NCBI GenBank assembly: GCA_028275105.1
Contig: JAQCNI010000008.1
Span: forward strand, 764-64,763
DNA length: 64,000 bases
Source of the DNA: Halorubrum sp.
GTDB taxonomy: Archaea; Halobacteriota; Halobacteria; Halobacteriales; Haloferacaceae
Reading direction: 5' to 3'
Below are positions 55,676 to 62,875 of this stretch, in pieces (position 1 is the first letter of the stretch; each line of letters opens with the position of its first letter). Made by a program: the position numbers and the translations under genes. The notes under the pieces are model-generated. The model saw nothing but the letters and a program-made list of their open reading frames with translations, did no database searches and was not told the origin of the DNA.

Positions 55676-58431
55676 CGCTCTCGGTTTATCAGGATACAGT
55701 CGCGGTGAGTAACTCGATCCCAGTTCGGTCCATCGTCCCGATACGCGACCGGGAATCGGCTCGTTCGGTACTCGTTTAGTGCATCGAGTTGCTCGTCGAC
55801 GAACGCTTCGAAGGCCTCGAGATCGGATTCGAGCACGTAGCCGGTCGGTACGTCGTCAAGGTCGTCGATGACCATTTCACAGCCATCTCGAACGTACTTG
55901 TATTCCCCAACTCGTTCTTGCGTGTATTCGATGAACCGCTCAGTCACCAGATCGCGCTGATCTGGATCCTCACCGGCCCGTGGGAGCGCGTTGGCCTCGA
56001 AGAAGTCTCGATATGCGTCGTAGCCGAGCGACTGTAGGGCTTTACAACGATTGTTCGAATCGGCGTAGTCTGTCACCGTCTCGAACGTGTCCCGGCTGGC
56101 AACGAATTCATCAAACGTCGCCGGGACGTAGGTTATCGTCGTCACGAGATCAGCGGGATCAGGGGGTGTTCCTGCGAGGGCTTGTTCAATGTCGTGAAGC
56201 AGGTGAACGAAGTGTATCTCAAGGCGTTGGTCAGGGTGTTCTTCTCTGTGCTTTGCCAGGTAGGTGAGTACCTGAAAGTCGGGATACTCATCGACTGGAT
56301 CGATCGAGGCGGCATCGAGAATATCCGAAGCGTCGTTCTTGCGGCCGGTCTTGTAGTCCACGACCGACGTTTCATTTTGGAGCAGATCCACGTAGCCGTG
56401 AACCCCGATCGAGGGGGATGCAAACCACCGTTCAATGAGTGGCGAGTCAATTTCGACGCCGAGTTCGGTTGCGAGTTCATTCTCGCGGTCTCGATGATCA
56501 TACGTCCCGTGCGACGCTGGTTCCGCCGGGTTTTCGTCGAGGTACGCCATAATCGCATCTAAACCGACTTCGAGATGCGTGCGCTGGATGGATCGCTTGG
56601 CATCTCCGAGATACGGATCCAGTCGCTCGCACATCGCATCAAGCGCGTCTTGGCGTCGTCCCACCAAGACCGAGGGGTCACAAACATGGATCTCCGCTGC
56701 TTCATGGAGAACCGTACCTCGAACCATCGGGAGTGACTCGGGAGATTTGACGAGCCGGTCGAAATACGCGTCTCTTGGGGCGTTAACAAGCGATTTTAAT
56801 CGTGATTGACTGATCGTTGTCTTCGGCGTCGTTGATGCCTCGTCTGCCGCTGGGGAAGCGAACGGGTATGTCGGCGTCCCGGTCGTGTGCCCGCCGTGAC
56901 GCTCGTGGGGGAGATCGTCAAACCTTTCAAACGAATCATCAAGGAGCCGACGGAGATACACGCAGGGGGGTATATCATCTCCGGCCTGTGTTTCTTGTAC
57001 GAAGTAGTACCGCTGGTCGCCGTTTTGAAGCAGTCGTTCGAACCGTGCGACATCAGCTTCGAGAAACTCCGCTGGATCAACCCACGGGTAATCCGGTGGC
57101 GTTCGCGCCCACTCCGGGCCAAGACCGACGTAAAACACGATCGGCCTGTCAACGTACGCTGTCGAGGTGGCTCCCGTCAAGAGGACGCCGTCTCGATCGT
57201 TGGTATCCGTTGGTACGGTGAATGCATTCAGGTAATACTCGAAGTGGGTGACACGATCCTCGGTGACTGCTTCATCCAACAGTCCGAGAGCGTCAAGTTC
57301 TCGGCGAAGGTCCGTGAGCTGGGTATCGGCTGTCGCCTCGTAGACCGACAGGCTGTCACGGAAGGTCCCATTCCTGACGGTCTCTCGAAATTCATCGTAG
57401 CGACCCAACTGCTCAGAAGCGAGTGAATCGACCCGCCTTTTATCCAGTTCTCGGGGAATGTCGATTCCGGCCGTCGTGAGCACGGGACGGATTTCGGAGA
57501 GCCGCTGATTTGAGCCGGTAAACGTCGTTTCCAACAGGCGTAGTAGGCCTCGTACGTCCTCGTCTGCTTCGAATCCCGGGCCGCCACTGTATGGAATCCC
57601 TTCCGCTTCAAGTACTGATTCGATGAGTGCGCTATACAGGCTTCCCTCGGCGAGAACGATGCCGAATTGCTCCGCTGTATCGGCATCGATCTGTTCAATG
57701 ATGGTCTTAACAATCGATGTTGCCGATGGAAAGATTCGAAGTTCCGGGAACGAGGTCTGGGCGTCGGTTAGTGACGAGTACGTCTCATACTCGGTCGGCG
57801 GGGGTAGCATTTCCTGATCGAGTCTCGACAGTTGTTGTTCATCGACGACAGCAACATCCTGGTCTGCAGGGATCTTCGTCCGGTCGGCGGCGAGATAGCT
57901 GCTGTCCAGTTTGTCCAACAGCGCTACAACCGTCCGTGTGGCTGGCGTGTCGAACTCCGAGTAGTCGAGGATTGCTTCACGGTCACCGGTTGCGGTCCAG
58001 CAATCGATCGAAAGTTCGAGCGATCTGACAGCCTGTTTCCATGAGAGATCCGTTTGTTCGATCACCTCGAAAAACATCGGCCGGATGTCATCAGGGAACA
58101 TCTCTTGGGTGGCATAACTGCGAGGCGTCGCAGACAACCGGCCAATCCGTGGAGTCTGCACGCGGTTATCGAGGGCGAGGGAAAGCGGTGCATCAGTAGT
58201 GAGAACAATATCGTGATCTGTAACCGACGAATAGAGGTGATCGATTGAGCGCGCTTCACGTAATGGCACGTTCGGAACACTCACCGGACCGTCTTGAAGA
58301 TAACTCCGCGGTCGACTCGAAAATACACTCACAATAGATTCCGGATTACGCTCATCTGTAGCAACGAATACCCGGCATAGGATAGTCTCCGTTCCGTCAG
58401 CGAGAGCGTCTATCGCCGGCGAGTTCAGCAC
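55672..58431 (-). CDS. AddB-like partner: degenerate helicase-like N-terminal region (no Walker A) plus a C-terminal PD-(D/E)XK nuclease
   Basis: ISQSRLKSLVNAPRDAYF, GTVLHEAAE, GYVDLL, VVDYKTG and QVLTYLAK make up a RecB-family nuclease core. VAVVDEQQ and GIPYSGG recall helicase remnants. The stop overlaps the AddA-like ATG (ATGA at 55672-55675). GTG start at 58431. Confidence 0.65.
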   Translation of the reverse strand: MLNSPAIDALADGTETILCRVFVATDERNPESIVSVFSSRPRSYLQDGPVSVPNVPLREARSIDHLYSSVTDHDIVLTTDAPLSLALDNRVQTPRIGRLSATPRSYATQEMFPDDIRPMFFEVIEQTDLSWKQAVRSLELSIDCWTATGDREAILDYSEFDTPATRTVVALLDKLDSSYLAADRTKIPADQDVAVVDEQQLSRLDQEMLPPPTEYETYSSLTDAQTSFPELRIFPSATSIVKTIIEQIDADTAEQFGIVLAEGSLYSALIESVLEAEGIPYSGGPGFEADEDVRGLLRLLETTFTGSNQRLSEIRPVLTTAGIDIPRELDKRRVDSLASEQLGRYDEFRETVRNGTFRDSLSVYEATADTQLTDLRRELDALGLLDEAVTEDRVTHFEYYLNAFTVPTDTNDRDGVLLTGATSTAYVDRPIVFYVGLGPEWARTPPDYPWVDPAEFLEADVARFERLLQNGDQRYYFVQETQAGDDIPPCVYLRRLLDDSFERFDDLPHERHGGHTTGTPTYPFASPAADEASTTPKTTISQSRLKSLVNAPRDAYFDRLVKSPESLPMVRGTVLHEAAEIHVCDPSVLVGRRQDALDAMCERLDPYLGDAKRSIQRTHLEVGLDAIMAYLDENPAEPASHGTYDHRDRENELATELGVEIDSPLIERWFASPSIGVHGYVDLLQNETSVVDYKTGRKNDASDILDAASIDPVDEYPDFQVLTYLAKHREEHPDQRLEIHFVHLLHDIEQALAGTPPDPADLVTTITYVPATFDEFVASRDTFETVTDYADSNNRCKALQSLGYDAYRDFFEANALPRAGEDPDQRDLVTERFIEYTQERVGEYKYVRDGCEMVIDDLDDVPTGYVLESDLEAFEAFVDEQLDALNEYRTSRFPVAYRDDGPNWDRVTHRDCILINRER

Positions 58432-58552
58432 GGATCAGGAGCAAGTACTCACGTCTACAGATGAGCGTACGGAAATACATGGATGTGGGTACGGGGTTCT
58501 GTCTGGTAACTGGCTCGGTGAATATTGGATTACACAGGCGAAAAATCCGCTA

Positions 58553-58663
58553 CTACGGCTTACCGCGGGCAACCATCCGACGCTTTTCCTTTTCCTCTTC
58601 ACTGCTGTCATTTGGGCTTGCTTCTGACCGCTCACCAAACCGGTCGGAGATTATCTTCGTCAT
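58553..58663 (-). CDS. Candidate leaderless micro-ORF (36 aa) upstream of the AddB-like gene
   Basis: MTKIISDRFGERSEASPNDSSEEEKEKRRMVARGKP, not in the ORF track. The AT-rich block tatatatttaat (58691-58702) lies about 30 nt upstream of ATG 58663, which is the spacing expected for a haloarchaeal leaderless transcript. No homology evidence. Confidence 0.25.
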   Translation of the reverse strand: MTKIISDRFGERSEASPNDSSEEEKEKRRMVARGKP

Positions 58664-58707
58664 GTCCACCTGAACGTACAAGTTACACGCGTATATATTT
58701 AATTGTT

Positions 58708-58746
58708 GACACGTGCGCGTATGGGCGTTTCACGCGCTCTCACGTG
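58708..58746. promoter_or_regulatory. Imperfect inverted repeat acacgtgcgcgt-N11-acgcgctctcacgtgt in the divergent control region
   Basis: The arms at 58708-58719 and 58731-58746 are complementary apart from a 2-nt bulge. The repeat lies between the minus-strand helicase-nuclease operon and the plus-strand zinc-ribbon gene. Confidence 0.4.
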
Positions 58747-58842
58747 TGAATGCGCCCTTACGCGGTCGCCCGCGTGCGTGCTGGTGTTGTTAGGGCTATG
58801 GAATAGAACCAAGCCGAGCGAACCCCACAGACGAACGAACAC

Positions 58843-59184
58843 ATGGACTGTCCCATTTGCGGCGCGATGGTTGGCGAGTCAAATTATCCGAATCAGGTGT
58901 GCGACGAGTGCGACCGGCAAGCGGTGAATGAGAATGGTGACGAGCCGTGGCATGGGTGGCCGCCCGGTGAAGAGCCGGAGTCAGAAGACGGGACGATTCA
59001 CATGGCTCCCGACCGAGGTGAGAATCCTGTGTTCATTGACGGCGAGAAGTGCTGGCGGAGATACCGGTTCGGGGGTTGGGTAACGATGTTAGACAAGCAT
59101 GACTGTGAATCGCTCGAAGAGTTCTACCGAGAACACGATATAATCGCAGGATGTGACGGGCCCGGATGCGCCGACCGAATGTGA
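58843..59184 (+). CDS. Zinc-ribbon protein (hypothetical)
   Basis: MDCPICG...VCDECD is two CxxC pairs. 113 aa. No family recognised. Confidence 0.5.
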   Translation: MDCPICGAMVGESNYPNQVCDECDRQAVNENGDEPWHGWPPGEEPESEDGTIHMAPDRGENPVFIDGEKCWRRYRFGGWVTMLDKHDCESLEEFYREHDIIAGCDGPGCADRM

Positions 59185-59189
59185 GTGAA

Positions 59190-59235
59190 AGTAGATTTCC
59201 CCCGAAACCGCATGAATGCGGCGGGGCTATCTACT
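59190..59235 (+). terminator. Extended imperfect hairpin downstream of the zinc-ribbon gene
   Basis: Nested pairs agtagat/atctact, cccc/gggg and ccgcat/atgcgg between 59190 and 59235. A role as terminator or small RNA is inferred only. Confidence 0.3.
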
Positions 59236-59257
59236 TCAGGAAACTGCGGTAACGAAG

Positions 59258-59332
59258 TGGGTCGGGGCGGATTCGAACCGCCGGCCTGCTCCGTGTGAAG
59301 GAGCCGTCATAACCGGACTAGACCACCGACCC
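59258..59332 (-). tRNA. tRNA-Val (anticodon CAC)
   Basis: The reverse complement folds manually: acceptor gggtcgg/ccgaccc, anticodon stem gctcc/ggagc with loop ttcacac, T arm ggcgg-ttcgaat-ccgcc. 75 nt. Confidence 0.85.
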
Positions 59333-59496
59333 GGACACGACATATTTTCCGACGTCAACTCTTAAGCGTTGCTGTGTGGCCCGAATTCGACCCCGGAGAA
59401 CGCGGGCCGTTCCGCGACGAACCGCCGGAATCAACCGTCAGCAACCCGCAGCCAACGCGAGACGGGATCCGGCGGTCGGTCCACGCTCCGATACTA

Positions 59497-59775
59497 CTGC
59501 GCTTCAGCTCCTTCGTCCCGACCGCGGTACGCCGCGATCCGTTCACGAGCCGACGTCACCGCCTCGCGGGCCTCGCCCTCGGCGCGCTCCTCAAGTTCCT
59601 TGAGGTCGGCCTGAAGCGCCTCCAGTCGCGAGGGCTCGGGCTCCTCCTCGGGTTCGTCGCCGACGAGCTTTGCGACCCGGTCCTCGAGCGGCTCGAGCTA
59701 CTCTTTGATCCCCGCTTTGGCGTGTTCGGCGGCTCGGCCGAGGTAGTACCGTGCGTCCTCGAAGTGTTTACTCAT
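59497..59775 (-). pseudogene. Small conserved-looking ORF interrupted by an in-frame TAG (codon 26 of 93)
   Basis: MSKHFEDARYYLGRAAEHAKAGIKE-TAG-LEPLEDRVAKLVGDEPEEEPEPSRLEALQADLKELEERAEGEAREAVTSARERIAAYRGRDEGAEAQ-TAG. Both parts share one frame (59698-59700 is cta on the plus strand). Confidence 0.5.
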
Positions 59776-59836
59776 ACTTGTCCTTTGGCGAAGGACAAAT
59801 ATAATCCTTGTGGGGTCGTCGTGCGAGCCGGTCCCC

Positions 59837-60370
59837 TCAGTACGACGGCGAATCCGCGGATTCACCGTCGCGCGCGTTGGCGACCCGCCCGAGCGTGAAC
59901 AGGAGGTCCGAGAGGCGGTTGAGATAGGTGACGACCGCCCCGTTGATCGGCTCCGACGCCGCGAGTTCGACGGTCCGCCGCTCCGCACGGCGAACCACCG
60001 TCCGCGCGTGATGGAGCGCCGCACCGCTCCTGCCGCCTCCCGGCAACACGAACGACCGCAACGGTTCGAGTTCCTCGTCAAACCCGTCGATACGCTCCTC
60101 CAGTTCGGCCGTGTGTGCCGGTTCGACGCTCGGATCGTCCGGGTCCGGGTCGGGGTTCGCGAGGTCGGCCTGAACGATGTGGAGATGGTTCTGGATCGTG
60201 GCGAGGAGGTCGTCGACGTCGTCGTAGCCGGTCGGCCGGACCGTTCCGATCAGCGCGTTCGCCTCGTCGACGGTGCCGTACGCCTCGATCCGGAGGCTGG
60301 ACTTCGACACTCGGCTGGTATTACCGAGGTCCGTCCGTCCCTCGTCGCCGCGGCCGGTGTAGATGGTCAT
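59837..60370 (-). CDS. ATP:cob(I)alamin adenosyltransferase (PduO type)
   Basis: MTIYTGRGDEGRTDL, NHLHIVQADLA and FVLPGG...AALHHARTVVRRAER. Confidence 0.85.
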   Translation of the reverse strand: MTIYTGRGDEGRTDLGNTSRVSKSSLRIEAYGTVDEANALIGTVRPTGYDDVDDLLATIQNHLHIVQADLANPDPDPDDPSVEPAHTAELEERIDGFDEELEPLRSFVLPGGGRSGAALHHARTVVRRAERRTVELAASEPINGAVVTYLNRLSDLLFTLGRVANARDGESADSPSY

Positions 60371-60606
60371 GCGAGCGTCCGGTCGACGTATGCGAGGATG
60401 TTCGCGCTCTCGGACATGGTCACGCCGCGCGCCTCGTCGATCAGGACGGGGACGCCGCGTTGCCCGCTCACGCGCTTGACCGCGTCGCGATCGGAGTGGA
60501 GCGCGTCGACCCACTCGGTCTCGTACTCGATCCCGGCGTCGGCGAGCGCATCGTGGACTTTCTCGCACCACGGACACCCGTCCAAGGCGTACAGTCGGAC
60601 TGACAT
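60367..60606 (-). CDS. Glutaredoxin-like protein
   Basis: LYALDGCPWCEKV (CPWC) and GQRGVPVL. Its stop overlaps the adenosyltransferase ATG. Confidence 0.75.
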   Translation of the reverse strand: MSVRLYALDGCPWCEKVHDALADAGIEYETEWVDALHSDRDAVKRVSGQRGVPVLIDEARGVTMSESANILAYVDRTLA

Positions 60607-60762
60607 GGATCGATCGTCGGCGTCCGCGGTCAAGAATGTACGTGTCTCAACGGATGGGTGAAGACGAGAGCGGGGCGTCACGGGGTCACGACTACGACGG
60701 ACCGAGTTGATCCGACGGACCAAGAAAATCCAGCGGGACGGGAGGATCCGGCGGACTCCGTT

Positions 60763-61014
60763 TCAGTACAACAGCGCGTCGTCGTTCTCGATCATGTACA
60801 GCCCCCGAGCGGCGATGTTGACGGCGTGGTCGCCGACCCGCTCGAGGTCACGGATCGGTACCAACAGCCGGGAGACGTTCCGCATCGTCCCCTCGACGCC
60901 GCCGGCGTCGCCGAGATTCTCACTCTCGATGAGGTCGCGGACGACGAGCTCGCTCATGTAGAGGACGTCGTCGCGGAGCCCCTCTAGTTTCGCCTGATAC
61001 CGTTCGCGTGGCAT
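60763..61014 (-). CDS. Short PhoU-domain protein (single repeat; possibly truncated)
   Basis: The N-terminal YQAKLEGLRDDVLYMSELV and the C-terminal DLERVGDHAVNIA are PhoU-like, but the protein is only 83 aa. Confidence 0.5.
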   Translation of the reverse strand: MPRERYQAKLEGLRDDVLYMSELVVRDLIESENLGDAGGVEGTMRNVSRLLVPIRDLERVGDHAVNIAARGLYMIENDDALLY

Positions 61015-61127
61015 TCGTTGGTTCGGACGCCACCCCGGATGGGTAAAAGCACGTCGCTGGCCGGGCCGACGTCAGGGTTGATCGTGAACGTCGGTCGCAC
61101 GGGTGCGATCCACTACGGCCCCAGTCC

Positions 61128-62111
61128 CTACAGCTTGAGTCCGCGGACCGCGACCGTGCCGGACCCGTTACCGTCCTCGACCCGGCCGATCACGCGTCCG
61201 CCGGTCGCCGCCGCCAGCGGCTCGGCGGCGTCGGGGTCGACGGCGGCGACGAACCCGGTTCCCATGTTGAACGTCCGGTACATCTCCTCGTCGGGGACGT
61301 TCCCCGCGGATCGAACGAAATCGAACACCGGCTGTGGATCGAACGGGTCGTCGACGACGTACCGGCGGTCACCGAGGCGCGTAAGGTTGGTCCAGCCGCC
61401 GCCGGTGACGTGTGCGGCCCCGCGCACGCCGTGATCGCGCATCGGGTCGAGCAGGTCGGTGTAAATCCGCGTCGGCTCCAGGAGGGCCTCCCCGAGCGTG
61501 TCGTAGTCCGGAAACGGCGCGGGGTCCGTGTAGTCGTGCTCGCGGGTGGTCGCCTCGCGCGCGAGGGTCAGCCCGTTCGAGTGGATCCCCGAGGACCGCC
61601 ACCCGACGAGCGCGTCGCCGGGACGCGCTGTGCCGTCAAACACGCCGCCCTTCGCGGCGAGGCCGGCACAAGTGCCGGCTAGGTCGAGCTCCCGGACGAC
61701 CTCCGGCATCACCGCGGTTTCGCCGCCGACGAGTTCGACGTCGGCGAGTTCGGCCCCCCGAGCGAGTCCCTCGCCGACCTGCTCGGCGAACCGTTCGTCC
61801 GGGTCGTCGACCGCGAGGTAGTCGACGAACGCGACCGGCCTGACGCCGGCGGCGACGAGGTCGTTAACGTTCATCGCGATACAGTCGATCCCGACCGTGG
61901 AGTAGTCCGACAGCGCCGATGCGACGAGCAGTTTCGTCCCGACCCCGTCGGTCGCCAGCGCGAGGTAGCGGTCGCCGATGTCGAGCAGCCCGGCGTAGTC
62001 GCCCTCGCCTTCCCCGACGACGTCAAGGAGCGCCGCGGTCGCCGCCTCGCTCGCCTCGATGTCGACACCGGCGTCCGCGTAGGTGAGTTCGTCGCGGTCG
62101 TCTTCGGCCAT
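61128..62111 (-). CDS. purM: Phosphoribosylformylglycinamidine cyclo-ligase (AIR synthetase)
   Basis: YADAGVDI, ATDGVGTK, NDLVAAG and GIHSNG. ATG at 62111. The remainder of track ORF 61128..63266 is an off-frame shadow. Confidence 0.9.
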   Translation of the reverse strand: MAEDDRDELTYADAGVDIEASEAATAALLDVVGEGEGDYAGLLDIGDRYLALATDGVGTKLLVASALSDYSTVGIDCIAMNVNDLVAAGVRPVAFVDYLAVDDPDERFAEQVGEGLARGAELADVELVGGETAVMPEVVRELDLAGTCAGLAAKGGVFDGTARPGDALVGWRSSGIHSNGLTLAREATTREHDYTDPAPFPDYDTLGEALLEPTRIYTDLLDPMRDHGVRGAAHVTGGGWTNLTRLGDRRYVVDDPFDPQPVFDFVRSAGNVPDEEMYRTFNMGTGFVAAVDPDAAEPLAAATGGRVIGRVEDGNGSGTVAVRGLKL

Positions 62112-62194
62112 ACCGATGGCGGAACCCGCCGGAGCAAAAGGACACCGCTTGTCGTGGGCGGAACGGACGGCCCCACCGAACCGGCCGGATCCCC

Positions 62195-62869
62195 TCAGAA
62201 CGGCCCGCCGAACCCGAGCCCGTAGCCGAACACCAGAACGACCGCGAGGACGGCCGAAACGGCGAACGACGCCGCCCAGACGCCCCGGCTCCAGTTCATG
62301 ACCGTCTTCCCATCGAGCGGGCCGTACGGGACCAAATTGAACGCCGCGAGGAAGACGTTGATCGCGATCCCACGCTCGCCGACCAGCGTCACGATCCCGT
62401 TGCCGGCGGTGAGGCCGGCGAGGAGCACCGGGGCAAAGAGCAGCATCAACAGGAGGTTGACGGCCGGGCCGGCGAGCGCGATCCGACCGTGTTCGCCCGG
62501 GGTCACGCGCCCCCGGTGATGGACCGCTCCGGGCGCGGCGAAGATGAATCCGAGCAGCGAGCTCATCACCGCGAGGAACAACATCCCGGTGTCGGCGCGG
62601 AACTCCGCGACCTGTCCGTAATGGACGGCAACGACCTTGTGAGCCACCTCGTGGAGCAGGAACGCGACGCCGGCCGTCGAGAGCCCGACGGCGACCGGGA
62701 GCACGACCCCGGCCGCAAGGAGGCGGTCGAAACCGGCGATGCCGCCGACGAAAAACAGGGTGAACGCCACACCCAACGCCAGCCACGCGACGAGGAGATC
62801 CCTGAGTTCGGTCCCGCTGAAATAGAGGCCACCGATCCGGCGGCCGCGAGGGCTCGTGTTCGTTCCCAT
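62195..62869 (-). CDS. M50-family (site-2 protease-like) membrane metalloprotease
   Basis: The HEVAHKVVA HExxH motif inside a TM helix, about 6 TM segments, and NLVPYGPLDG. Confidence 0.8.
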   Translation of the reverse strand: MGTNTSPRGRRIGGLYFSGTELRDLLVAWLALGVAFTLFFVGGIAGFDRLLAAGVVLPVAVGLSTAGVAFLLHEVAHKVVAVHYGQVAEFRADTGMLFLAVMSSLLGFIFAAPGAVHHRGRVTPGEHGRIALAGPAVNLLLMLLFAPVLLAGLTAGNGIVTLVGERGIAINVFLAAFNLVPYGPLDGKTVMNWSRGVWAASFAVSAVLAVVLVFGYGLGFGGPF

Positions 62870-62875
62870 GTCGTG

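Larger units (their letters stand above)
52040..59257. mobile_element. Lower-G+C genomic island (about 7 kb) adjacent to the tRNA-Val 3' end. No integrase or clear att repeat was seen
   Basis: Hand counts of single 60-nt lines give about 48-57% G+C inside (52201, 53101, 56401) and about 60-75% in the flanks (44701, 47161). AT-rich intergenic DNA lies at 58660-58710. The tRNA 3' end faces the island. Confidence 0.55.

Noticed and set aside
59698-59700. Pyrrolysine decoding of the in-frame TAG
   Set aside because: No pyl genes or PYLIS-like context are visible. Pyrrolysine use is known in methanogens and a few bacteria, not in Halobacteria. Nonsense mutation, sequencing error or read-through are more economical explanations.
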